Origin: Coniocarpon cinnabarinum
Lineage: Eukaryota
Direction: 5' to 3'
Assembly: GCA_051942205.1 (NCBI GenBank)
Contig: JAVECO010000210.1
Coordinates: 1 to 37,215, forward strand
Length of the DNA stretch: 37,215 nucleotides
Below, in pieces: positions 22,238-32,052 of this stretch (positions are counted from its first letter, which is position 1; each line of letters begins with the position of its first letter). The notes under the pieces are model-generated. The model searched no databases. It was not told where the DNA came from and saw only the letters and a program-made list of their open reading frames with translations. Position numbers and translations under genes: made by a program.

Positions 22238-23940
22238 TTTTGCGAGATTAAAACTAGTCTAATAGAGTGTTGAAGATACAGAGACAAATGTTGTAAGTAC
22301 ACTTGAGGGCGATGCTAAGTAAAGGGCGAAAGATGCATGCGTCTGGGATACTTAAGCATATATGAAGGTTATAGAACGCAAGTGAGACAATCTACGTGGC
22401 TTGTTTGAGGGGCGGTGGCCAAGGAGCCACGTGTTCTGATGGAAAGCTTGGTGGCGAGGCGATCACTGGCGCTGGCTATCTTACACACCATATAACCATA
22501 TAAATTGATCGTCAATCTCTCAACAGGATTTGAAATGTGCTTGCTGTTGCACTCTTGCAGAACGCAACGTTGTCTTTGATACGAAAGCAAATCTGAGAGG
22601 GCGGAACAAGCCCGAAAGCTATATATTGATACTGAATGCAGTAAGTTGGGTGGTGGCTGATATCATCACGTGATATCGGTCGCGATTCAACATCATCCAC
22701 AATCGCTCACCATGTCTCAAAACTGCAAAGAGCACAAGGTCCGCGTGTGAGATCTTAGCAACTTATACATACCTCTATATCAGTAACACCTTACCCGTTG
22801 TTGAATGCACGAGTTTCTAGCGCAGTGGTAATGGCTGTCTCGGGGGGCTTCATTGTCGAGATCATGTTTCCTTGGTGACAAGTTCGTGATTCTCACTTTT
22901 GTAGCAACGGTATAGCGTGCGCATTCCATGAAGTGTTATCTCAGCATGGCCATCTGAGGATGTTCAAACGCAAGAACCCTAGGGAATCCGTTCTCAGCCG
23001 CTCTCATGAGAAACTCTGCTGTCACTCTCTGACCCCATCTGGTTGATGCGCTCATTGGAAACAACACGGTTCATAGCTCGGATACTGGAGACTCTTGTCT
23101 CATGCATGCGCCCTTGAATCTCGATATTCAGGAGCCTCACAAGTTTTGGATCTGTTTTGGGCTGTTAACTGGTCTTAAATATCAAGAACTAGAGTGATGG
23201 CGGTCATGAACTCAGTCCGAAATGGAGTCTGTAGCACCTTGAAACATTGATAGCCCCACAATATTGAAATTGATGTGGACATCAGAGTGAACTCCCGAAA
23301 ACAATCATCGAGCGTGGATCCCATCAGGAAGTTCTGAATTTGGCAGCCTTGCTTTGCGTAAACAACCGTTCTCGATCTAACACCTGGAATTCGCAGCATC
23401 TTGCTGTTGGAAGGCTCAAATAAAAGTGTCGTGTGGCTGATACCACGTGAAGAGAGCGGCTTAGAAATAATATCTCCAGAAAGGAGCAGCCTTTGCAAAA
23501 ACGCAAAAGGAGAGGATCTCAACTCCGGTCTTGCGACCAGAGCGAGAAAGACACGTGCACGGCAGTAGTGAATTAGCTGGGCTACCTCTCCGATGGGCAA
23601 GCATGAGATTGAAAAATATAACGGCAATTGAAGAGGTTCCGCAAGATCACGTCTTTTCCATTTGCAATTTCCTTTCTCTCCTATGTGGAATGAGGCTACC
23701 ACCTCAATTTGCCAGGCTTTGCAATCTTGTAGGAAGACCCTCGTTAGTATTTGAAAGTGGTGTTGAGTAAATGTGTTAAAACTAAGGGCATCGTGTCCAA
23801 AGGTCTAGCATACTAGTATTCGACGAATAACCTGGGTGCTCGAACAGAATGAAGAAAATGTCTGACCACGAATAGTACGCAAGTGTTTATTGTTCCGTAG
23901 CTTCGTACTTGAAGCAGCTGTTAATGCTAACTTAATACGT

Positions 23941-23974
23941 CTGGAAACAAAGCAGCTCTGGAAACAAAGCAGCT
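23941..23974. repeat. Perfect 17-bp tandem duplication
   Basis: CTGGAAACAAAGCAGCT twice, at 23941-23957 and 23958-23974. Confidence 0.9.
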
Positions 23975-24869
23975 CAGTTACACCGATTCCATATCTGCTT
24001 CCTGCAATATCGGCTATTCGCCACTGCATATTTAGTTTAGAAAGCGGGAGGCCTCTTTCACAAGCCACACGAAACGATGCAGCTCCCTTGAGTAATGAGC
24101 ATAGTAATAATCGGGATTGGCATGGCCATCGGCGGGACTCCTTACGGGAATATCTCTGTACACAACCTCTGACAGAAACGAGAGAAGCCACAGTGCTCTA
24201 GATCATCATCATTTTCGACATGCACAGACATACAAAAAGGGAAGCCGCAGAGGGTCCGGACAGGTTGAAAGCTGGAGCTCGAGATAGTATTGAATAAAAC
24301 AGACCCTGAGCGACATCACTTCCCAACTGTTACAATCCTCTCCTTTACTTGCATATCATTCACGTAATCATAGACTTCCCCCGCCTTGAATCCAATAATA
24401 CCGCTTCGGAGCTTTTGACGTGGATCAAATGGTCGAAACGATCGTAACTGCTCGATTGAAGTCATAGGTTCAGTGGCACCAGGCCTCTTTGCATCTACAA
24501 TGATGATACTATTTGCGTGTGTTGAAGAGCCACAGTCGCTGGTACCCCTGACAGTTTGGCGTTGGCGTGTGACTTATCTATGCAAGGTTGCTCATTGAAA
24601 GCAGTCGATGACATGCGCCACCCACGGCAAACGAGTGGTGATACTTCTGGAGCCTGGAATGAGCAAGAAGTTGAGCCATCGAACTGATACGGCCTAAAGA
24701 ACGTTCAACAGGCAACCGCGTATGAGGGTAACAGGTGCATTGCATGACAATGAGCTTGCATTCATCTCGTAGCGCTATTTCACGCGCAAAGTCCATAACC
24801 ACTGCAGGAACGTCAAACCGTCCAGTTTCTGAGTCGTTTGAAGTCGTGTCCCCAGGCTCTTGCGTACAC

Positions 24870-25460
24870 TTAGTCTCTCTCCGAAGCCCGACTATCATCA
24901 CTCTCACTCCCGCTCCCCTCACTCCCCAAATCCTCCTCCTCCTCACGCGGCTCTTCCCTCCTCTTTCCCCCGTCCTCCCTCAAACCCGCTCTCAACCTCT
25001 CCTCTTTCCCCCGCCAGTGAGATCCCTCCTCATAATCCTCGCGTATCCCCAGCGCCTTCCTCATCCGCTCCTGTTCCTCCCCCTTCGCCTCCGCCAACTC
25101 ATGCGTCTGATACCCCTTCAAACCCCGTGCATCCTTCTTCCCAATCTTCTCCTCTTCCTTCCCCAGCTTCTCTCGCAGTTGCTCACACGCATCGTCGATG
25201 GCGTCTTCATCGAGCTCGCCTTTTTCTTCAAGCGCATCCCGCAGTTCCAGGACTTTGACTTCAATCTGGCGCTTGCGGTCGTGGGCGAGGATTTCGGCGT
25301 CGGGTTGCCGCGGCTTGTGTTTCGGGGCTTTGGCGTCGTTGTGGAGGTCGTCGAGCGAAGGGTAGGGCTTGGAGCGGGGCTTGGGGTGGGAGAGGTTGCG
25401 TTGAACGTAGCCGGAGGTGCCGGAGCCGCGGGGCGTCGCGAGGCCCACGTTCGAAGACAT
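24870..25460 (-). CDS. CWC21: Pre-mRNA splicing factor Cwc21, ~196 aa
   Basis: MSSNVGLATPRGSGTSGYVQRNLS N-terminus and PDAEILAHDRKRQIEVKVLELRDALEE cwf21 domain. The ATG is at 25460; the ORF-track start at 25469 is a TTG. Confidence 0.95.
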   Translation of the reverse strand: MSSNVGLATPRGSGTSGYVQRNLSHPKPRSKPYPSLDDLHNDAKAPKHKPRQPDAEILAHDRKRQIEVKVLELRDALEEKGELDEDAIDDACEQLREKLGKEEEKIGKKDARGLKGYQTHELAEAKGEEQERMRKALGIREDYEEGSHWRGKEERLRAGLREDGGKRREEPREEEEDLGSEGSGSESDDSRASERD

Positions 25461-25910
25461 GGTCGACAATGGAAGTGCAAGGTGGGATTGAAGCGGAGGT
25501 TTTGGCTAGGGATTCAGGAGGGGCCGGTGCGAAAGGTGGAGTAGATTGCGGCGGTGGGTTTGTGCGCTGGAATGTGCAAGGTGGCACATTGGGTGTAAGG
25601 CGTGGGGATTCAAAGTGCTACGTGGCCTGCATTTTCAATGGGGCGAGCGCGTTGGGAGGATCACGGGTAGGGCGGATGTGTGCATGTTGTAGCACAGTCG
25701 CTATATTCGATAAGGTGGTCTCACGGATTTGTCAATATGCGAACATCATGACCATCGTTGGGAAGACTTTGCGCGAGGTCATCTGTATAGGTAGTACTCT
25801 AAAATATCAACACGTGACATCATTCAATATCTTATCCTAGGTAACCATTCGATCTTCAGCATTACATTCATTGCTACATGCGTCTATCCTATCGCGCAAT
25901 ACTATCGCTC

Positions 25911-26915
25911 TCACAATGAGTCTGCCATTGATCCTGCTACATCCGCAGGTAGTTGCACCCTACCCGCGATCTGCCCACTCACTTGGTTCAGTCTGTCGAC
26001 AGTGGCAATGGCTGGTCCCACATTCGCGAAGTCCACTAGCGTGAATACTGGCGCCCTGTCGTACGTCTTTACACAATCATTCACAGCGTCGCCAAAGTTC
26101 CCAGTGTCCCCAGTATCTCGGTTGGTGTTCTCCACATGCTCAACTGACGGGACTTCAATGCCAGTGCCAAAGAGATTGTCGTCGAGAAAATGATTCGTGA
26201 GGGGAAGTAGACCCTTTTTTAACGCACTTGCAGTATCGCCATTCACACTACTCGGTCGATTGGCCTCGCAAGAAAACTTGGAGGCATCTGTGACATCGTA
26301 TTGGTTCTCGAAGATGAAAGAGAACTCGTCGAGCAGGAATGGCGCAGCTGTGTTTTTCACCGGATCGAGGCTAGCAATCCAAGCAACGAAGCGCTTGTTC
26401 GTTGAGACCATGTTACCCAAGGTTGGCCAAGTCACTGGACCAACGTTGCTGCTTGGTACGTAGGCATATTTCGTTAGGCCAGCGGTCGTGAAGATGCCTC
26501 CGAGCGTGGCTGCGTCGAAATTGTCCGAGTTTACGATGAGCACAGAGACCACGTCGCGCGGGTTGGCATCGATCCATTCACGGATGTCAGTCAGCCAGTC
26601 CACCATCAAGCCGCCATCGTAAAGCGCGCAATCCGTATGGCACAGGTGGATGCCGTCGTCTGCGTTGTGGGCTTGAGCCGACAACAGGCGAACGCCGTAT
26701 GAGAGCAATGCCGAAGCATTGTAGAACTGATTGCCAGCCGGCGTGAAACCGTTGCCTAGGTCCCTCACGAACGCGGCATCGTGGGCGCCCAGATGAGTGA
26801 GGTTGTCGTATGTTCGCTGACAGAGGAGTTCAGCGTTGTTGCAAACTTGCTGCCCACCGACTGCGACGATGCAAAGGGCAGCGACCAGACCGGACACAAA
26901 GTGCGATAGATTCAT
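25911..26915 (-). CDS. Secreted PI-PLC-like phosphodiesterase (TIM barrel), ~334 aa
   Basis: Signal peptide MNLSHFVSGLVAALCIVAVGG; CNNAELLCQRTYDNLTHLGAHDA, GNQF, GVRLLSAQAH, LCHTDCALYDGG, WIDANPRDVVSVLIVN, NHFL and PVFTLVDF. Confidence 0.85.
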   Translation of the reverse strand: MNLSHFVSGLVAALCIVAVGGQQVCNNAELLCQRTYDNLTHLGAHDAAFVRDLGNGFTPAGNQFYNASALLSYGVRLLSAQAHNADDGIHLCHTDCALYDGGLMVDWLTDIREWIDANPRDVVSVLIVNSDNFDAATLGGIFTTAGLTKYAYVPSSNVGPVTWPTLGNMVSTNKRFVAWIASLDPVKNTAAPFLLDEFSFIFENQYDVTDASKFSCEANRPSSVNGDTASALKKGLLPLTNHFLDDNLFGTGIEVPSVEHVENTNRDTGDTGNFGDAVNDCVKTYDRAPVFTLVDFANVGPAIATVDRLNQVSGQIAGRVQLPADVAGSMADSL

Positions 26916-28532
26916 GGCCTCCGCCGTACTCGTGATCGCCAAACAACGATGTCCAACCCAAACCCACGACAAGAAACAGCAGCAGCCATGGCTGCCTATA
27001 TACTCGACCGAGCCTCAGTAGCCTGCGGCCACGGACGTGATATACAAGCTGGGTAAATGGCAGCTATTTTGGGGCGGGGAGAGTCTCGTGAAGGTATCAT
27101 TGCAGGACGTGAGTCTGCGGGAGCATGCAACATAACATTGGCTCAAGGCGCGTGATGTGTTGATTGGTTAATGCTGGCTGTCTTGATGCGGCCGCAAGGA
27201 GCAGCTGCCCCACCCGGCTTTGTCACCTCAGCACTACACGTCGATCACCCGCAACCACGTGCACGTCCACGGTGCATTGTCTGGTGCTCAAAAGATTGTT
27301 TGTCCGCTTGGAGCACGTCGTTGAAAGTGTTCGTGGCGATCAGTCAGCAGCCATGTCGTCGCCGTCTCCTGCGTGCGACCGCGGACGTTAAACTGCTCCC
27401 GCCAACTAAAGATGATCCAATATCCCAATCTTCGACTTCAGCGACCCGCTGGCTTGCTCGTCGCAGTCAGTTCTATAAGCCTCGTTGCGCAGAAATTGCT
27501 GACTTGTTTCGGTCTGTAGTACAAAATTTTGTATGAGTAGAGCTCCTATGATCTTAGATAGAAGAGGCACAACCGCTCTTTGGGGACAAAAGTCGTTGCT
27601 GGATTTCGATCCAGGTAGAGAGCCTCTATAATGGGGATACTTCCGGTTGCAGAGATATGAGTATGATGGGAGAAGCCCCCTTCACCTTGTCAAGCGCTGC
27701 ATGGCAGTGGGGCGAGTACTTTCGTTCAAGGGCCTTGCTGCAATGACTCGATTTCCATCTTCGAAAGCACACATACTCTTGCCTCAAGCCTGAGGTCATG
27801 CGTTGACATAGAGCGTTTGTATTTCCTTTCAGCAGTAGGATTATAATATATTTGATCCTGATAGTCGACCTGACTCGTAAATAGGTCCTTGCTCTGAAGT
27901 GCTTGAGCATATGGAGTTTCGCGTAGTTGACGTCGAACCTACACAGTGATGCTCTACGAGCAAATCCGTCACTATTCTTTGCCTTCGGTTGGGAAAGGCT
28001 GCATAGTTGCCAAGTAGAACAGCATTTGCCGTTTGTCATTTCAACAACTTATGGGGCACTGCGGGCTTTCGCCATCGTGTCCATGGCTTTTTGACCCCCA
28101 TTTTCGTCATCGCACAGGCTCGCCGCCCACGCTAATATCCGGCAACGACTTCTGTCCGTGACACTTGCGGCATTGCTGGGAGTCGCACGGCGCGACATAG
28201 CTGGAGCATGTTTCAGACACACAAACCCCGTGCGTGGCGTGATGCTCATCGTCGACATTTTCATCGCTGCGCCACGCTTTCTTTGTCTTTGGCCCTTGAA
28301 GGACCTCGACGGTGCGGGTTTGTAGGGTATCTGACGGCTCAACATGGTGGGTTTGGCCCTTCGAGAAGTGGTGCTGTGACTGCGTGCGTGAATACAAATT
28401 CAAGGAGGGTGGCCTCATATTGTCTCTTGCTGCTGCAGACTCAACACTCACAATATCAAGACCCTTCAAGCGCTTTATTGAATACTTACGAAACTCTTCC
28501 ATTTCGAATATTTCCACTGAGCTCACCCGACC

Positions 28533-29164
28533 ATGCCTTCAGCTACGGGGATCCCATCCAATGTCATTTGCAGGGAATCAGAACCCAGTGATGCAGAAGA
28601 AGCGGCTCCGGTTATGGCCAAGTTGTATGCGAACCATCAGAACACGATCGAAGGACAGGTCCCCCTCATCCCGTCCGAAGAGCAACTCCGGGTATACCGC
28701 AACTTGTTCGAAGACTGGCTTGCAAATCCTCAGCCCGACGCATATCGCTTCTGGATTGCCAAGGCGGATGGCAAGACCGTTGGTTACGGCACCTTTGACA
28801 ACTATTTGAGTCTGCCTCAACAGGGAGCACAGCAAAAGCTGAGAGAAGTGATCCAGACAGCACGAGAGGATCTTGCACCGGAGACAGAGCTGAAAGATTG
28901 GTGGGGTGAGTTTTGCAGCGCGCACGTGTACTTGAAATGATGATATGGCACTAACAACATACCTCAGTACTTACGAACAGAATTTTGGAACCGGCTTACC
29001 GCGCAAAGGGGATTGGACATGAGTTATTGAAACTGGGCGTCGAAGAATTTGGACCAGTTTGCCCGATCATCAGGCAGGGTTTAATTCGCATTAGACACTT
29101 CAACTTCCATGAGATTCCTCAGATTGCCGCGAATACTGACCTCAGACTGCCTGGCCCGGTTTAA
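28533..29164 (+). CDS. GNAT-family acetyltransferase-like protein, ~189 aa; intron 28906-28967
   Basis: N-terminal CRESEPSDAEE, then FWIAKADGKTVGYG. After a GTGAGT...ACTAAC...CAG intron the frame continues into the acetyl-CoA motif A, LEPAYRAKGIGHELLKLG. Confidence 0.7.
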
Positions 29165-29298
29165 GGTCATGAGACCGTGTTCGAGCGCGGTTGAGGTGCT
29201 ATCGTGAGCAGAGCGGGAGGCCTCGTAGCATGAATTCATTGATGTCGAGCTTTCAGGAGCCTACCAACATTTTCGACCGGATTTTTAAGTGCCTATTC

Positions 29299-31722
29299 TT
29301 ATAGCGACACTTGCTGCGCAAACATAGTTTGCCTCGTCTTGACTAGCCCACCTCCAGCGACGATCTTTTGCACCTCGGGTGGTATTTCTGGGACTTTCTC
29401 GCTCCACTGGCTTCCACTCGTCCCCTCCTGCACCGTGATTGTACTGCTGCGAACATCCCAGACAAATTGCCACCCAGTGCGGCGTGTGAGCTTGTTCTCC
29501 CCTTTTGGTTTTGACGCCGGCCCAGGAGGCTGGGAGTCGAGGCTCTGTTCGTTGGCTGAAGGCTCTTTGCTTGCAGGAGCAGACCCTGTCGACGTCTCTC
29601 CTGCAAACTCCTCCCTCAAGCGATTGACAAGCCGCGGGACTTCCAGACCCATCAAAGCGTTGTTGATGCTGTTTGTAGCAAAGATATTGCCGAAGCTGCC
29701 TGATACCACGAGTGGAATGCCGCGTGCGAGTATGGCCGTGGCGGCTTGCTCTCGAGAGCTACCGCAGCCAAAGTTGTACCCACTAACGAGTATATCACCG
29801 GACCTAGCAATGTTGTTGAAGTTGGGGTCAAAATTCTCCATGCACACCTGAGACATCTGTTCTGGAGACACATTGTCTTGGTAAGTGTACTTGCCAGGGT
29901 AGATGCCATCAGTGTTGATATTGTCCGCGTCTGCGAACAGCAGCTCGCCAGAAATCTTTTCAGGAAACCCGGCAATGACTTCCGCAGAAGCTGAAGCTTC
30001 TGAAGCTTGAACATCTTCTTGCGCCAGGCCTTGCTCACCTTGAGCAACCAGGTTGTCGGCTTGCCCAACCAGCTTCTCGATTGCCTCCTCAATGCCGACA
30101 ACGCGTCGTTGGAAGCCGTCGCCCTCGCCGGCGTTGATACCTTGCCATTCTTTTGACTGCTGATACCACCCCGGACCTGAGATGTGCCCATTTAGAGCAG
30201 ATGCAGCTACGACTTCTGGCGAGGACAAGTATGCCTTCGCCTCCCGTGATCCCATTCGACCTTTGAAATTGCGGTTGCTGGCTGAGATGCCTACTTCGCC
30301 GGCTTCAAGTAAGCCTGTTCCGAGACCAATGCAGGGACCACATCCAGATAGCAGAGGCTCAGCACCTGCAGCAAGGAGAATTTGCCAATCGCCGTCTCGT
30401 TCCGCTTGGCGTTGCTCTGCAGCAGACGCTGCAGCAATGTATAGCTTGACGTGATCTGCAATGCGCGAGGGCTTCCCTTGCGCCGCGGCATCTCTGAAGA
30501 CCTGAGCTGCTGATGCAATGTCAGACGCCCTTGAGTTTGTGCAGCTAACCAGATACGCTTTGTCGATATTGATATGAGCCTTTTCAAGGTCGTGGAGTGG
30601 GGTAGCAACTTTGACGCTGTTGGGACCTGATACATACGGTGGAACAGTTGAGAGATCTAGATATAGCGACTTTGCATATCGAGCATTCTGATCCGCTGCC
30701 AATTGGCTACGAGTGAATAAGTCATCAATTCTAGATCGAGCGAAGCGCTGACCACCTTCGACAAGGTCGCTTGCTCGCATCATGCTCGCTTCATGTGCTC
30801 TGGAGTCCAGCCAATGCTTCAAAGTCGTATCTATTGGGAATAGTCCCGACAGAGCACCCCACTCAGTCGTCATGTTAGCGATTGCCAGGCGAAAGTCAAT
30901 GGGAAGTGAGCGCATCGTATCTTCCGCTCCGACAAATTCAATCGCATGGTTGAGCACCTCGTCATTATTGAAGATACCGCACAATGCGACAATAACATCC
31001 TTTCCCGTTACACCTGGTGGCAATGTACCTGTGAAGGTGACCTTTGCGACTGGAGGAACCTTGAACCATGTACTGCCTGTAGCCCAGATATCCGCAGCAC
31101 CGGTGCGTACAGTCGGTGTTCCAAGGCATCCGACGCCGCCATACATATTCGTGTGAGAATCCGAAGCCAATGCGACCGTGCCTGGCCATGCATAGCCCTC
31201 TTCAATCATTATTTGGTGCCCAATGCCATGACCAGCAGGGTAGAAGTCTGCGCCTTGCTCCTTTGCAAACTCCTGTATTTGACGATATTTCTTCAAATTT
31301 GTCTCGCTCTTATTTTGAACATCATGGTCTAAAGTCATAACAGTTTGTTTTGGGTCGTGTATATGGCTTGCTCCCATCTCTTTGAACTTCAGAGCAACAG
31401 GCCAGGTATTATCATGAGTCATACAACGGAAGGGCGACAGAATGATGAAGTCTCCTGAGCGTATCTGCCTATCGGGAGGACGATGTATTGCATGTCGCTG
31501 AAATAATTTCTCTGTCAAGGTTTGACCTGGGCTCGATGCGGCGCCTACGGACGAGGACAGCGAAGAGAGAAATGGAGCGACCGCTGGGTCTTCTTGTTGC
31601 GCGTGGAAGACATCTGCAGGCTTCGAAGAAGTGCTTGACATGAATCTGACTGCTCTTGAAGTTCTTGAGAATAGGTGAGCACGTGGAGCACCACTGCAAC
31701 AGGCTCTCGCAACAAGTCCCAT
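29299..31722 (-). CDS. LYS4: Mitochondrial homoaconitase (alpha-aminoadipate lysine pathway), 807 aa
   Basis: Arg/Ser-rich presequence, QTLTEK, CMTHDNTWPVALKF, GIGHQIMIEEG, ASDSHTNMYG, Fe-S ligands VSCTNSR and GCGPCIG, NRNFKGRMGS, NFGCGSSREQA. Confidence 0.97.
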   Translation of the reverse strand: MGLVARACCSGAPRAHLFSRTSRAVRFMSSTSSKPADVFHAQQEDPAVAPFLSSLSSSVGAASSPGQTLTEKLFQRHAIHRPPDRQIRSGDFIILSPFRCMTHDNTWPVALKFKEMGASHIHDPKQTVMTLDHDVQNKSETNLKKYRQIQEFAKEQGADFYPAGHGIGHQIMIEEGYAWPGTVALASDSHTNMYGGVGCLGTPTVRTGAADIWATGSTWFKVPPVAKVTFTGTLPPGVTGKDVIVALCGIFNNDEVLNHAIEFVGAEDTMRSLPIDFRLAIANMTTEWGALSGLFPIDTTLKHWLDSRAHEASMMRASDLVEGGQRFARSRIDDLFTRSQLAADQNARYAKSLYLDLSTVPPYVSGPNSVKVATPLHDLEKAHINIDKAYLVSCTNSRASDIASAAQVFRDAAAQGKPSRIADHVKLYIAAASAAEQRQAERDGDWQILLAAGAEPLLSGCGPCIGLGTGLLEAGEVGISASNRNFKGRMGSREAKAYLSSPEVVAASALNGHISGPGWYQQSKEWQGINAGEGDGFQRRVVGIEEAIEKLVGQADNLVAQGEQGLAQEDVQASEASASAEVIAGFPEKISGELLFADADNINTDGIYPGKYTYQDNVSPEQMSQVCMENFDPNFNNIARSGDILVSGYNFGCGSSREQAATAILARGIPLVVSGSFGNIFATNSINNALMGLEVPRLVNRLREEFAGETSTGSAPASKEPSANEQSLDSQPPGPASKPKGENKLTRRTGWQFVWDVRSSTITVQEGTSGSQWSEKVPEIPPEVQKIVAGGGLVKTRQTMFAQQVSL

Positions 31723-32052
31723 GGCGGAGGAGGGTCCTGCGTGTCGAGTGGATTATTGTTATCAGCTGCACGAATTAATGCAGCGAGGGTTTAACGAGCG
31801 CGACGGCTTGCAAGAGCGCAACAGGAGCCCATTAAAGCATGCTTCCAATGGTTTTAGTACGGAAATTGCACTTCGATGCGGAACTAGCCCCATTCGGATG
31901 AGCATCTTCCTTCTGTTCCTATTTCGGGGCCCGTAAGAGCGAGCACTATGTGTCATATCTGACGCTGGGCGCAAAGCAAGTTATCCTCTGGCAAATGCTC
32001 ATCATAAGGTCCCAAGCCCTTCAAAGACTTTTTGAGAAGAAAAGAGTTGCCA
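31723..32052. promoter_or_regulatory. Compact divergent promoter shared by LYS4 and SER1, with a near-consensus Gcn4/CpcA element
   Basis: 330 nt between head-to-head ATGs; ATGTGTCAT at 31948-31956 is one mismatch from ATGAGTCAT. Confidence 0.5.

Noticed and set aside
23175..24201. ORFs of 100-175 aa on both strands in the gene-poor island
   Set aside because: Non-ATG starts, atypical composition and no family signature.
24735..25544. 269-aa Leu/Pro-rich plus-strand ORF and other overlapping ORFs
   Set aside because: Antisense shadow of the purine-rich, Glu/Arg/Lys-rich CWC21 coding sequence.
3611..29164. SDR, peroxygenase, GNAT and LOG as a secondary-metabolite cluster
   Set aside because: They are scattered among housekeeping genes, with no PKS, NRPS, terpene synthase, transporter or pathway regulator.
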